Below, piece by piece: positions 40,815 to 49,027 of a stretch of DNA of 64,000 nucleotides. Under the pieces are notes generated by a model. It saw only the letters and a list, made by a program, of their open reading frames with translations, was not told the DNA's origin and did not search any database. The number at the start of each line of letters is the position of its first letter. The first letter of the stretch is position 1. Where the stretch lies: NCBI GenBank assembly GCA_963749155.1, contig CAVVLO010000001.1:800001-864000 (forward strand), given 5' to 3'. The position numbers were made by a program, and so were the translations under genes. The stretch comes from an uncultured Armatimonadia bacterium (GTDB lineage Bacteria; Armatimonadota; Zipacnadia; CAVVLO01).

Positions 40815-41389
40815 GTGACAAAGAAAGGGCCACCAAGGAGCTTGTAGAAGAGTCGCGGGCGCGTATGCAAAGGCGACTGGACGGCTTCAAGGAAGAACTG
40901 CGCAAAGTGCGCACCGGGCGGGCCACCCCCAGCCTGGTCGAGGATCTCAAAGTCGAGGTCAAGAGTTACGGTTCCGTGATGCCGCTCTCACAACTTGCGA
41001 CACTTTCGGCCCCTGAGCCACGATTGATAGTCGTGGATCCCTGGGACAAGGGCACGCTCCGAGACATCGCCAACGCTATTTCGACAAGTGACATCGGCAT
41101 CAACCCGGTAAGCGATGGCAATGTGCTGCGCCTTCCCCTGCCCGAACTGACCGAAGACCGCCGCAAGGAACTAGCCAAAATGGTCAGCAAGAAGGCCGAG
41201 GAATGCAAAATCTCGCTCAGGCAGGTTCGCCACGAAGGGAAGAGCAAACTCGACGATCTGAAAGACCACGGACACTCTGAGGATGAGATCAAGATGCGCC
41301 AGCAAGAGCTGGACGCCGAGGTCAAGGAGTTTTCCGAAAAAGTCGATGTAGCGCGCGATGAGAAGGCGAAGGAGATCCTTAGTCTTTGA
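40811..41389 (+). CDS. frr: ribosome recycling factor
   Basis: VRTGRATPS, INPVSDG, PELTEDRRKEL; follows pyrH. Confidence 0.97.
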   Translation: MSDKERATKELVEESRARMQRRLDGFKEELRKVRTGRATPSLVEDLKVEVKSYGSVMPLSQLATLSAPEPRLIVVDPWDKGTLRDIANAISTSDIGINPVSDGNVLRLPLPELTEDRRKELAKMVSKKAEECKISLRQVRHEGKSKLDDLKDHGHSEDEIKMRQQELDAEVKEFSEKVDVARDEKAKEILSL

Positions 41390-41598
41390 TGGAATCGAAA
41401 GCGGCTCCAAGGGTGTTGCTGCTGCCCTGGCCCGAGGCTAAAATCGAACTCGAACAAGCCGGATATCAGCTTGGAGAAGTGAAAGTGACCCGGCCGCCCC
41501 GCCACAGAGAAGAGCCTTTTACACTTGAGCGGGGCAGGATACTAAGGCAGGTCACCAAAGGGATTACGGTAGACCTCGTGGTAGGTCTACTCGAATAA
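41386..41598 (+). CDS. small hypothetical protein, loosely PASTA-like
   Basis: 70 aa, overlaps the frr stop; P.VL.LP..EA...LEQAG...G.ILRQ......VDLVV pattern. Confidence 0.6.
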   Translation: MMESKAAPRVLLLPWPEAKIELEQAGYQLGEVKVTRPPRHREEPFTLERGRILRQVTKGITVDLVVGLLE

Positions 41599-41613
41599 GC
41601 AAGGAGGAAACAG

Positions 41614-41784
41614 ATGGCATACGTTATTAACAGCGATTGCACGATGTGTGGAGCCTGCGTCAACGAGTGCCCCGTAGACGCCATTTCCGAGGGCGACAGC
41701 CAGATGGTTATCGACCCGGAAACCTGTATTGACTGTGGCAAGTGCGCCGAGGTTTGCCCCGTCGACGCCATCAGCCCCGAGTAA
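41614..41784 (+). CDS. 2x[4Fe-4S] ferredoxin, 56 aa (absent from the ORF track)
   Basis: MAYVINSDCTMCGACVNECPVDAISEGDSQMVIDPETCIDCGKCAEVCPVDAISPE; two CxxCxxCxxxCP motifs; AAGGAGG RBS. Confidence 0.96.
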   Translation: MAYVINSDCTMCGACVNECPVDAISEGDSQMVIDPETCIDCGKCAEVCPVDAISPE

Positions 41785-41864
41785 TAACCAGGCGAAGAGC
41801 CCGGGTGGCCTGGCTGCCCGGGCTTCGCGCTGCCTAGAGCTGGCCTGACCTGGATGTGACCTGA

Positions 41865-42602
41865 GTGGCGAGTGTCAATCTGGAAGAACTAGGGCTTATG
41901 CCGGAGCGACTGCCGACGCATGTTGCCGTGATAATGGATGGCAATGGGCGCTGGGCTACCGCTCAGGGGCTGCCCCGAGTGGCGGGCCATCTGGCTGGGG
42001 CGGATACCGCCCTGGACATCTCGCGTTTCTGCGGCGACCTGGGCATCAAGCATCTTACTCTTTACGCTTTTTCGACCGAGAACTGGCGCCGGCCCGCCGA
42101 TGAGGTGGAGGCCATCCTGAGGCTCATAAGCTCTCGCCTGCTTGAGCTGCGCGAGGAGTTTCACGCCCAGGAAGCGCGTTTCAAGCATCTCGGCGACCGG
42201 TCCGAGCTACCGGATTTTATGCTCGAAGCTATCGACACCATCGAGGCGGAGACTAATCACCACCGGCGCGTGCAGTTAAACCTGGCCATCAATTATGGGT
42301 CGCGCAGAGAGCTGCTTTGTGCTTGCAAGGAACTTGCGCGCCAGGTGAGGGCTGGTCAGCTCGAGCCAGAGGCAATTGATGAAGAAGTTTTCTCAAGGGC
42401 GCTCTATACCCGCGACATCCCCGATCCGGAACTTATGGTCAGGACAAGTGGCGAGCTTCGAGTAAGTAATTATCTCCTTTGGCAGATCGCCTATAGTGAG
42501 ATCTACGTCAGTGAGGTGTACTGGCCGGATTTCACCAGAGACGAATTCCTGAAAGCCTTGCGTGATTATCAGTCACGCAATCGCAGATTTGGCGGTGTAT
42601 GA
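41865..42602 (+). CDS. uppS: undecaprenyl diphosphate synthase
   Basis: HVAVIMDGNGRWA, YAFSTENWRRP, NYGSR, RTSGELRVSNYLLWQ, YWPDF. Confidence 0.97.
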   Translation: MASVNLEELGLMPERLPTHVAVIMDGNGRWATAQGLPRVAGHLAGADTALDISRFCGDLGIKHLTLYAFSTENWRRPADEVEAILRLISSRLLELREEFHAQEARFKHLGDRSELPDFMLEAIDTIEAETNHHRRVQLNLAINYGSRRELLCACKELARQVRAGQLEPEAIDEEVFSRALYTRDIPDPELMVRTSGELRVSNYLLWQIAYSEIYVSEVYWPDFTRDEFLKALRDYQSRNRRFGGV

Positions 42603-43389
42603 GTTGAGGTTGGCGGCGCGGCTCGTGTTCGGCCTGGCTTTACTAATATTGGTTGCCCTGGACGCGGCCCATCCCGACTGGCTTTTCGCGCTGACTACCT
42701 GCGCGCTGGTGGCGGCAAGTGTAGGGCTGACAAAGTGGATGCTCCCTCCGTTGCAGACTGACGGAGCGTATGAGACCCTTGACTTTTGGACGTTCGCCTT
42801 CGTGGTAAACCTGACTTATTTCGTGGCCTATAATGATTCGACGGCTTCACTACTGGTACTGACTCTCGCCGCTGTTATGTTTGCCTTGACAGTGGTTATC
42901 AGCTTCGGGGGAGCGGTCACGCAGCGCGGTTGGGCAGAAGGCGCGAAGCGCTTTTTCATAACCTTCCTGGCCAGTTTGCTACTGGCTCTACCACTTTCGG
43001 CCTGTACGGTTTTCTTCGCGAGGCCTGGTTTCGGCGCCGTGCTGATGACGGCACTGGTCGTTATGGCTGTAGCCGTGCAGGTTGTCGATCCTGCCCCCAA
43101 CACCATCAAGTTGAAGTCACTGTCACTGGCCACGTGGGCGGTTGCCCTGCTGGCAGGGCTAGTACTGGCTTTTGTCCTGGTCAGGCCCGAATTGATTCCT
43201 TTCATATTAGGCGCTAGTGTTGGCGCCGCCTCGAGTCTGGGGGCTTTCTTCCTGCTAAGGAAATATCTCCATACCGAACTGGATCTTTTTAAGGGAATGC
43301 CCCGCTTGCTCGTCTGGGAGCTTGCGCCTCTGGGCACAGGCACGGTAATCGCGGCAGTGCTGGCGGTGCTGGCTGGCTTCATACTCTGA
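42595..43389 (+). CDS. polytopic membrane protein in the cdsA position, canonical CdsA motifs not recognisable
   Basis: About 264 aa, hydrophobic; overlaps the uppS stop and precedes dxr. Confidence 0.7.
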   Translation: MYELRLAARLVFGLALLILVALDAAHPDWLFALTTCALVAASVGLTKWMLPPLQTDGAYETLDFWTFAFVVNLTYFVAYNDSTASLLVLTLAAVMFALTVVISFGGAVTQRGWAEGAKRFFITFLASLLLALPLSACTVFFARPGFGAVLMTALVVMAVAVQVVDPAPNTIKLKSLSLATWAVALLAGLVLAFVLVRPELIPFILGASVGAASSLGAFFLLRKYLHTELDLFKGMPRLLVWELAPLGTGTVIAAVLAVLAGFIL

Positions 43390-43405
43390 CGTCGGGAGGA
43401 GCGAA

Positions 43406-44566
43406 ATGAGACTGGCTCTGCTTGGCTCGACGGGTTCGATAGGGCGCCAGGTGCTGGAGTTGGCGGCTGTCCACGAAGCGCGTTTCCCAATCGTGGCGCT
43501 TAGCGCCGGTCACAACGCCGAGTTGCTGCTGGCGCAAGCTTTACGGTTTCGTCCCCCGGTGCTTCATCTGGCCTCTCACGCTGCAGCCGAAAGGCTAAGG
43601 GCGTCCCTTCCCAACGATTATTCGCCGCGCGTGCTGGCCGGCGAAGAAGCCCTGGAAGAGGTGGCAAGCCTGCCCGAGGTTGACTGTGTGGTCGCCGCGG
43701 TCGCAGGTTTTGCCGGGCTGCGGTCGGCGCTTGCGGCGGTAAGGCGAGGCAAGCGGCTCGCTATCGCCAACAAGGAGCCTCTTGTAGCCGCAGGCGAGCT
43801 ACTGATGCGAGAGGCGGCGGCGGCTGGAGCGGAAGTGCTGCCTATCGACAGCGAGCATTCAGCAATCTTCCAGTGCCTGATGGGCGAGTCAACAAACAGT
43901 GTCGCAAAACTATATCTTACGGCCTCAGGGGGCGCTTTCAGGGACAAGACTCGCGCCGAACTTGCCGCTGTCACGCCTGAGCAGGCGCTCGCGCACCCGA
44001 CCTGGAAGATGGGCGCCAAGGTCACCATCGACAGCGCGACCCTCTTCAACAAAGGCCTTGAGGTCATCGAGGCGCACCGGTTGTTTGGTTTCACGGCCGA
44101 CCAGATTCAAGTTGTAATCCATCGCGAAAGCATCGTCCACTCGGCGGTAGAGTTCGTGGATGGCTCTATCAAGGCGCAGCTTTCACTGCCAGATATGCGA
44201 TTCCCCATTCTGCTTGCGTTGAGCTACCCCGAGCGACTGCCCAATCCTTTCCCGCGGCTGGACCTGGCGCAAGCGGGTTCGTTGTCATTTGCTCCGGTCG
44301 AGCTGGAGCGTTTTCCGGCGCTTGGACTGGCCTTCGAGGCGCTGCGCCGGGGAGGCACTGCGCCTGCGGCCATCAGCGCGGCCGATGAGGTGGCAGTCGA
44401 AGCTTTCATCACGGGGCGGATTGGTTTTTTGGTGATCCGCGAGGTGCTGGAAGCGGTACTCGCGAAGCACTCCCTCGTGCAGCAACCCTCGCTAGATGAT
44501 ATACTGCGCGCAGATGAAGAGGCGCGCAGTCTGGCCTGGCAACTGGTAGAAAGCCTGACCCGCTAG
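43406..44566 (+). CDS. dxr: 1-deoxy-D-xylulose 5-phosphate reductoisomerase
   Basis: LGSTGSIG, ANKE, PIDSEHSAIFQC, LTASGG, HPTWKMGAKVTIDSATLFNKGLEVIEA. Confidence 0.98.
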   Translation: MRLALLGSTGSIGRQVLELAAVHEARFPIVALSAGHNAELLLAQALRFRPPVLHLASHAAAERLRASLPNDYSPRVLAGEEALEEVASLPEVDCVVAAVAGFAGLRSALAAVRRGKRLAIANKEPLVAAGELLMREAAAAGAEVLPIDSEHSAIFQCLMGESTNSVAKLYLTASGGAFRDKTRAELAAVTPEQALAHPTWKMGAKVTIDSATLFNKGLEVIEAHRLFGFTADQIQVVIHRESIVHSAVEFVDGSIKAQLSLPDMRFPILLALSYPERLPNPFPRLDLAQAGSLSFAPVELERFPALGLAFEALRRGGTAPAAISAADEVAVEAFITGRIGFLVIREVLEAVLAKHSLVQQPSLDDILRADEEARSLAWQLVESLTR

Positions 44567-44584
44567 CGCGTCAGCGAGGCGTTT

Positions 44585-45676
44585 ATGTTTACAATAACTT
44601 CAATCCTGGGATTACTCGTGCTGCTTGGGCTGGTCGTCTTCTTCCATGAAGCCGGTCACTTTGTCGCGGCCAAATGGGCGCGCATGCGTGTCGATGAGTT
44701 CGCTATGGGCTTCGGCCCCAGCCTGTTCAAATATACCCGGGGCGAGACCGAATACAAGCTCAATATTATCCCCCTCGGCGGCTACGTTAAGATTGCGGGG
44801 ATGGAGCCTGGCGAAGAAGACGTCGAAAACGGTTTCTATACCAAACGCAAGCGTATGCGGCTGATGGCGCTGGTCGCAGGGCCAGCGATGAACTTTGTGC
44901 TTGCGATATTCCTCTTCTGGATTTACGGGGCCACCTATGGCATCCCGACCGAAGCCATCCCAGTAGTTGACAAGGTCTTTCAGGGGAAGGCCGCCCATCA
45001 GGCAGGTATTCAGCCTGGCGATGAGTTGCTCTCGATTGATGGCAGGAAGGTTGCCGATACCGATGATGCAATCCGGATCATTGGAGGCAGCCCGGGTAAG
45101 GCCATCGTAATGACCGTGCAACGCGGCGCCGAGAAGCTGGAGCTGCGGGTTATCCCAGATCCAGAACTTGAACAGACAATAGATGACACCGACCCAGACC
45201 ACATCAAGGTGATAGAGGAAAAGCGCGGCAAGATAGGGATAGTCTTCCAGACCAAGGTCGAGAAGGTTGGCGCGCTGAAGGCTATCGCTTTCGGGTTCGA
45301 ACAGACCTTTATGATTACGATGGCGCTTATCACCTACCTGATAGGTATGGTGATGGGTAAACTGCCTGTCGCTTTCGGCGGGCCGATAATGATAGCCAAC
45401 CAGCTTGGCCAGGACCTGCAGGTGGGGCTTGCCCCTTACCTGTTTGACCTGGCGCTGATAAGCATCAATATCGGGCTGGTGAACCTGCTACCGATACCCC
45501 CTCTCGATGGCAGCCGATTGCTGTTTACGCTGGTGGAGGCCGTCCGGGGCAAGCCCTTGCCGCGCGAAAAGGAAGCTATGGTGCATCTGGTAGGCTTCGT
45601 GCTGCTGATGCTTTTGATGGTATGGATAGTGGTGCAGGACGTGCTGGTGCTGGTTCGAGGCGCGAGCCTGAACTGA
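44585..45676 (+). CDS. rseP: RIP zinc metalloprotease RseP (M50, PDZ)
   Basis: HEAGH, PLGGYVKI, AGPAMN, NLLPIPPLDGS. Confidence 0.96.
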   Translation: MFTITSILGLLVLLGLVVFFHEAGHFVAAKWARMRVDEFAMGFGPSLFKYTRGETEYKLNIIPLGGYVKIAGMEPGEEDVENGFYTKRKRMRLMALVAGPAMNFVLAIFLFWIYGATYGIPTEAIPVVDKVFQGKAAHQAGIQPGDELLSIDGRKVADTDDAIRIIGGSPGKAIVMTVQRGAEKLELRVIPDPELEQTIDDTDPDHIKVIEEKRGKIGIVFQTKVEKVGALKAIAFGFEQTFMITMALITYLIGMVMGKLPVAFGGPIMIANQLGQDLQVGLAPYLFDLALISINIGLVNLLPIPPLDGSRLLFTLVEAVRGKPLPREKEAMVHLVGFVLLMLLMVWIVVQDVLVLVRGASLN

Positions 45677-45686
45677 GGCGACCTGA

Positions 45687-46772
45687 TTGTATACAAGGGA
45701 TAAAACTCGACGGCTCGAAGTAGGCGCGCTTACTCTGGGAGGAGGCGCGCCAGTGCGTGTTCAGACTATGACGAACACGCCAACAAGCGATATCTCGGCA
45801 ACGCTTGCGCAAATCTGCGCAGCTGCGGCGACAGGCTCCGAGCTGGTACGGTTGGCCGTGCCTGATGAAGCGTCGGCAAAGGCACTGCCTGCCCTGATTG
45901 CTGAATCGCCCGTGCCCCTGGTGGCGGACATCCATTACGATCCCGAACTTGCCCTGATGAGCCTTGAGGCGGGCATCGCCAAGCTGAGGCTTAATCCTGG
46001 GACTATCCAGAATAAGGAACGCATCCGCGACATCGTAGCCAGTGCAAAGGAACGAGGCGTGCCCATCCGGGTAGGCGCAAACGCCGGCTCGCTGCCCAGG
46101 ATAATGTTGCTACGTTATGGCGGGCCGACCGCCGAGGCCCTGGCAGAGGCGGCGCTCTCGGAGGCGCGTTATCTGGAAGAACTCGGGTTTGAGGCTATTG
46201 TAGTGTCGGTGAAGGCCTTCGAGGTGCCCAAGACGGTAGAAGCAAGCCGCCTGGTGGCAGCCCAAGGTGACTGGCCCCAGCACCTGGGCATCACCGAGGC
46301 TGGCACAATTTCGACAGGGCTTGTGCGTTCGGCGGCGGGGCTGGGCATACTGCTTGCCGAGGGACTTGGCGACACCGTGCGTATCTCGCTTTCGGGCGAT
46401 CCCCTGCGCGAGGTAGACGCCGCCTGGCAGTTGCTTGCTGCGCTGGAGCTGCGCCAGCGAGGGCCGGTTATTGTTTCCTGCCCGACCTGCGCGCGGGTGA
46501 AGCTGGACGTTGAAGTGCTGGCCGACCGAGTGCGCGAGGCGACTCGCGAGGTGACAGTGCCCCTGCGGCTTGCGGTAATGGGCTGCGAGGTGAATGGCCC
46601 GGGCGAGGCGCGAGAAGCAGACCTGGGCCTTTGTGGTTCGCCGGCAGGTTATATGTTGTTCTCACGGGGAAAGGTTATACGGAAGTTTTCCGATGCCGAC
46701 CCGATTGAAGTTTTTCTTGAAGAACTGCGCAAGCTGATTAAGAGTGGAGAAGCAGACAATGGAGCTGGGTAA
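45687..46772 (+). CDS. ispG: (E)-4-hydroxy-3-methylbut-2-enyl diphosphate synthase
   Basis: LVADIHY, RLNPG, IRVGANAGSL, HLGITEAG, SCPTCAR, AVMGCEVNGPGEA. Confidence 0.97.
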   Translation: MYTRDKTRRLEVGALTLGGGAPVRVQTMTNTPTSDISATLAQICAAAATGSELVRLAVPDEASAKALPALIAESPVPLVADIHYDPELALMSLEAGIAKLRLNPGTIQNKERIRDIVASAKERGVPIRVGANAGSLPRIMLLRYGGPTAEALAEAALSEARYLEELGFEAIVVSVKAFEVPKTVEASRLVAAQGDWPQHLGITEAGTISTGLVRSAAGLGILLAEGLGDTVRISLSGDPLREVDAAWQLLAALELRQRGPVIVSCPTCARVKLDVEVLADRVREATREVTVPLRLAVMGCEVNGPGEAREADLGLCGSPAGYMLFSRGKVIRKFSDADPIEVFLEELRKLIKSGEADNGAG

Positions 46773-47238
46773 AGCGACCCTGGCCGAGGCAGAAGCCCTC
46801 TGGCAACTTATAAGTGACACAGCGGCAACCAGCAGTGTGCTGCCCCGGACGCTGGAGAACATCTGTGAGAGCTTGCGCGACTTTAGCGTAGCCCGCGAAG
46901 GCGACCGGCTCGTTGGATGTTGCGCCTTGCATCTCGAAAACACGGGCCTTGCCGAGGTGAGGTCGCTCTGCGTGCGGCCCGAGATGCGGGGCACAGGCCT
47001 GGGACGGGAGCTGGTGCTGGCCGTAATGGAAGAAGGCAGGAGGCTTGGCCTTAGTCGCGTCTATGCGTTGACGGCCGTGCCAGGCTTCTTCACCAGACTC
47101 GGTTTTCGTGAAGTGCCCAAGGACACGCTGCCGCATAAGGTATGGCGAGATTGCGTGCTCTGCGACAAATTCCCCAACTGTGATGAGGTCGCGCTGATCT
47201 GTGACCTTGGAGAGGAGCCGAACCAGGATGCGCGCTAG
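46759..47238 (+). CDS. short ArgA-like amino-acid N-acetyltransferase (GNAT)
   Basis: LAEVRSLCV, RGTGLGRELV, FFTRLGF, LPHKVWRDCVLCDKFPNCDEVAL. Confidence 0.85.
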   Translation: MELGKATLAEAEALWQLISDTAATSSVLPRTLENICESLRDFSVAREGDRLVGCCALHLENTGLAEVRSLCVRPEMRGTGLGRELVLAVMEEGRRLGLSRVYALTAVPGFFTRLGFREVPKDTLPHKVWRDCVLCDKFPNCDEVALICDLGEEPNQDAR

Positions 47239-48940
47239 TCAGCTCTATATGCCCACGCTCAAGGAAGTGCCCAAAGAGGCCCAGCTTCCCAGTCATGCGT
47301 TGCTCTTGCGCGGAGGCTTTATGCACACCGTCGCCGCGGGCATCTACTCCTTCTTGCCACTGGGCCTGAGGGTAATCCGGAAGGTGGAGGACCTGGTGCG
47401 GCGCGAGATGAACGCCATCGGCGCGCAGGAGTGCCTGATGCCTTTCGTGATGCCCAGTGAGCTTTGGAAGCAGTCGGGCAGATGGGAGAGCTTCGGGCCG
47501 GAGCTTGCCAGGCTCAAGGACCGGGGCGGGCGCGAATACTGCCTGGGGCCGACGCACGAGGAAGCCTTTGTGGACATCGTGCGGGGCAAGGTCACAAGCT
47601 ATAAACAACTACCCTTGAACCTGTATCAGATCCACACCAAATATCGCGATGAACCAAGGCCCCGCGGCGGGCTCATCCGCACGCGCGAGTTCGTGATGAA
47701 AGACGCTTACAGCTTCCACTCGAGCTGGGACTCTCTGGATGCCACTTTCGATGCGGTCTATGGCGCCTATCGGCGTATCTTCGATGCCCTGGATTGGGAC
47801 TACCGAGTGGCTGAAGCAAGCGCCGGCGGCATCGGTGGGAAGGAAACCCGCGAGTTCGTGCTGCGCGCCGAACATGGAGAAGATTTCGTGCTGACCTGCG
47901 AGGGGTGTAGTTATACCGCCAACCAGGAAATTGCCGAACGCAAGGCCACAGGGCGCAAGTGGGAAGGGGGCGAGGCGACCCTTTCCAAGGTGGCAACACC
48001 CGAGCGGCGCACCGTAGAAGAGGTAAGCCTTTTCCTCAAGGTAAAGCCTGCAAGCCTCATCAAGACGCTGCTGTACCATTATCCGGGCGGTTTCGTCGCG
48101 GCCTTGGTGCCGGGCGATGCGGACCTGAACGAGGATAAGCTGAAGAAGGCCCTCGGCACAACCGAACTCCGGATGGCTGAGTCGGAAGAGGTGCGCAAGC
48201 TGACTGGCGCGCCGGTTGGATTTGCCGGGCCGGTGGGGCTGAAGCAGGTCTCGCCGGAATTGAAAATCGTTGCTGACTGGGATATCCACGGAGCAACAGG
48301 CGGCGTTACGGGCGCCAACGAGGCTGATACGCATTATGTAGGCGTCGCAGAGGGCCGAGATTTCCTGGTAGATGCCTGGGCTGACCTGCGCAATGCGCTC
48401 GAGGGTGATGAGTGCCCCCGGTGCGGCGCCGTTATGACGGGCTTCCGCGGCATCGAGGCCGGGCATATCTTCAAGCTGGGGACAATTTACTCGAGCGCCA
48501 TGGACGCAGCTTTCCTCGATGAAGAAGGTAAAGAACAGCCCTTTATAATGGGTTGTTATGGCATCGGAATAACACGAATCGCCGCCGCAGCCATTGAAGC
48601 CTGCCACGATGAGAACGGTATCCTTTGGCCTGCCGTAATCGCGCCTTTCGATGTCGAAGTGTTGCTGCTGGACGTGAAGTCAGAGGAACTTACCGCGGTA
48701 GCGGAGAAACTTACCGAGACGCTTGAGGCTACTGGCCGCGAAGTGCTGATGGACGACCGCGACCTGCGCCCGGGCGCCAAGTTCAAGGACGCGGACCTTA
48801 TCGGTATCCCACATCAGATCGTTGTAGGCAAGCGTTTCCTGGAATCAGGTGAATTCGAAGTCAAAGCCCGTTCGGGCGGCGCGCCCGAGGCGGAACTGCT
48901 GGCTCTTTGTCAGCGCTTCGCAGCCGACTTCGGCAAGTAG
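47228..48940 (+). CDS. proS: proline--tRNA ligase with editing (INS) domain
   Basis: GIYSFLPLG, LGPTHEE, KYRDEPRPRGGLIRTREFVMKDAYSF, GHIFKLG, MGCYGIG. Confidence 0.98.
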   Translation: MRASQLYMPTLKEVPKEAQLPSHALLLRGGFMHTVAAGIYSFLPLGLRVIRKVEDLVRREMNAIGAQECLMPFVMPSELWKQSGRWESFGPELARLKDRGGREYCLGPTHEEAFVDIVRGKVTSYKQLPLNLYQIHTKYRDEPRPRGGLIRTREFVMKDAYSFHSSWDSLDATFDAVYGAYRRIFDALDWDYRVAEASAGGIGGKETREFVLRAEHGEDFVLTCEGCSYTANQEIAERKATGRKWEGGEATLSKVATPERRTVEEVSLFLKVKPASLIKTLLYHYPGGFVAALVPGDADLNEDKLKKALGTTELRMAESEEVRKLTGAPVGFAGPVGLKQVSPELKIVADWDIHGATGGVTGANEADTHYVGVAEGRDFLVDAWADLRNALEGDECPRCGAVMTGFRGIEAGHIFKLGTIYSSAMDAAFLDEEGKEQPFIMGCYGIGITRIAAAAIEACHDENGILWPAVIAPFDVEVLLLDVKSEELTAVAEKLTETLEATGREVLMDDRDLRPGAKFKDADLIGIPHQIVVGKRFLESGEFEVKARSGGAPEAELLALCQRFAADFGK

Positions 48941-49027
48941 AGTTTTTGGGCCGGGGGGCTTCAGAAGAGCCTTCCGCCCTGGCAAGCCTGGAGTTGTTCC
49001 ATCCCCTGACCAATCGGAGGCTGGTCT

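Noticed and set aside
48987..49014. CCTGGA-N17-CCAAT upstream of the second DUF6785-like gene as a SigH-like promoter
   Set aside because: Deviates in both boxes and in spacing; too weak to count
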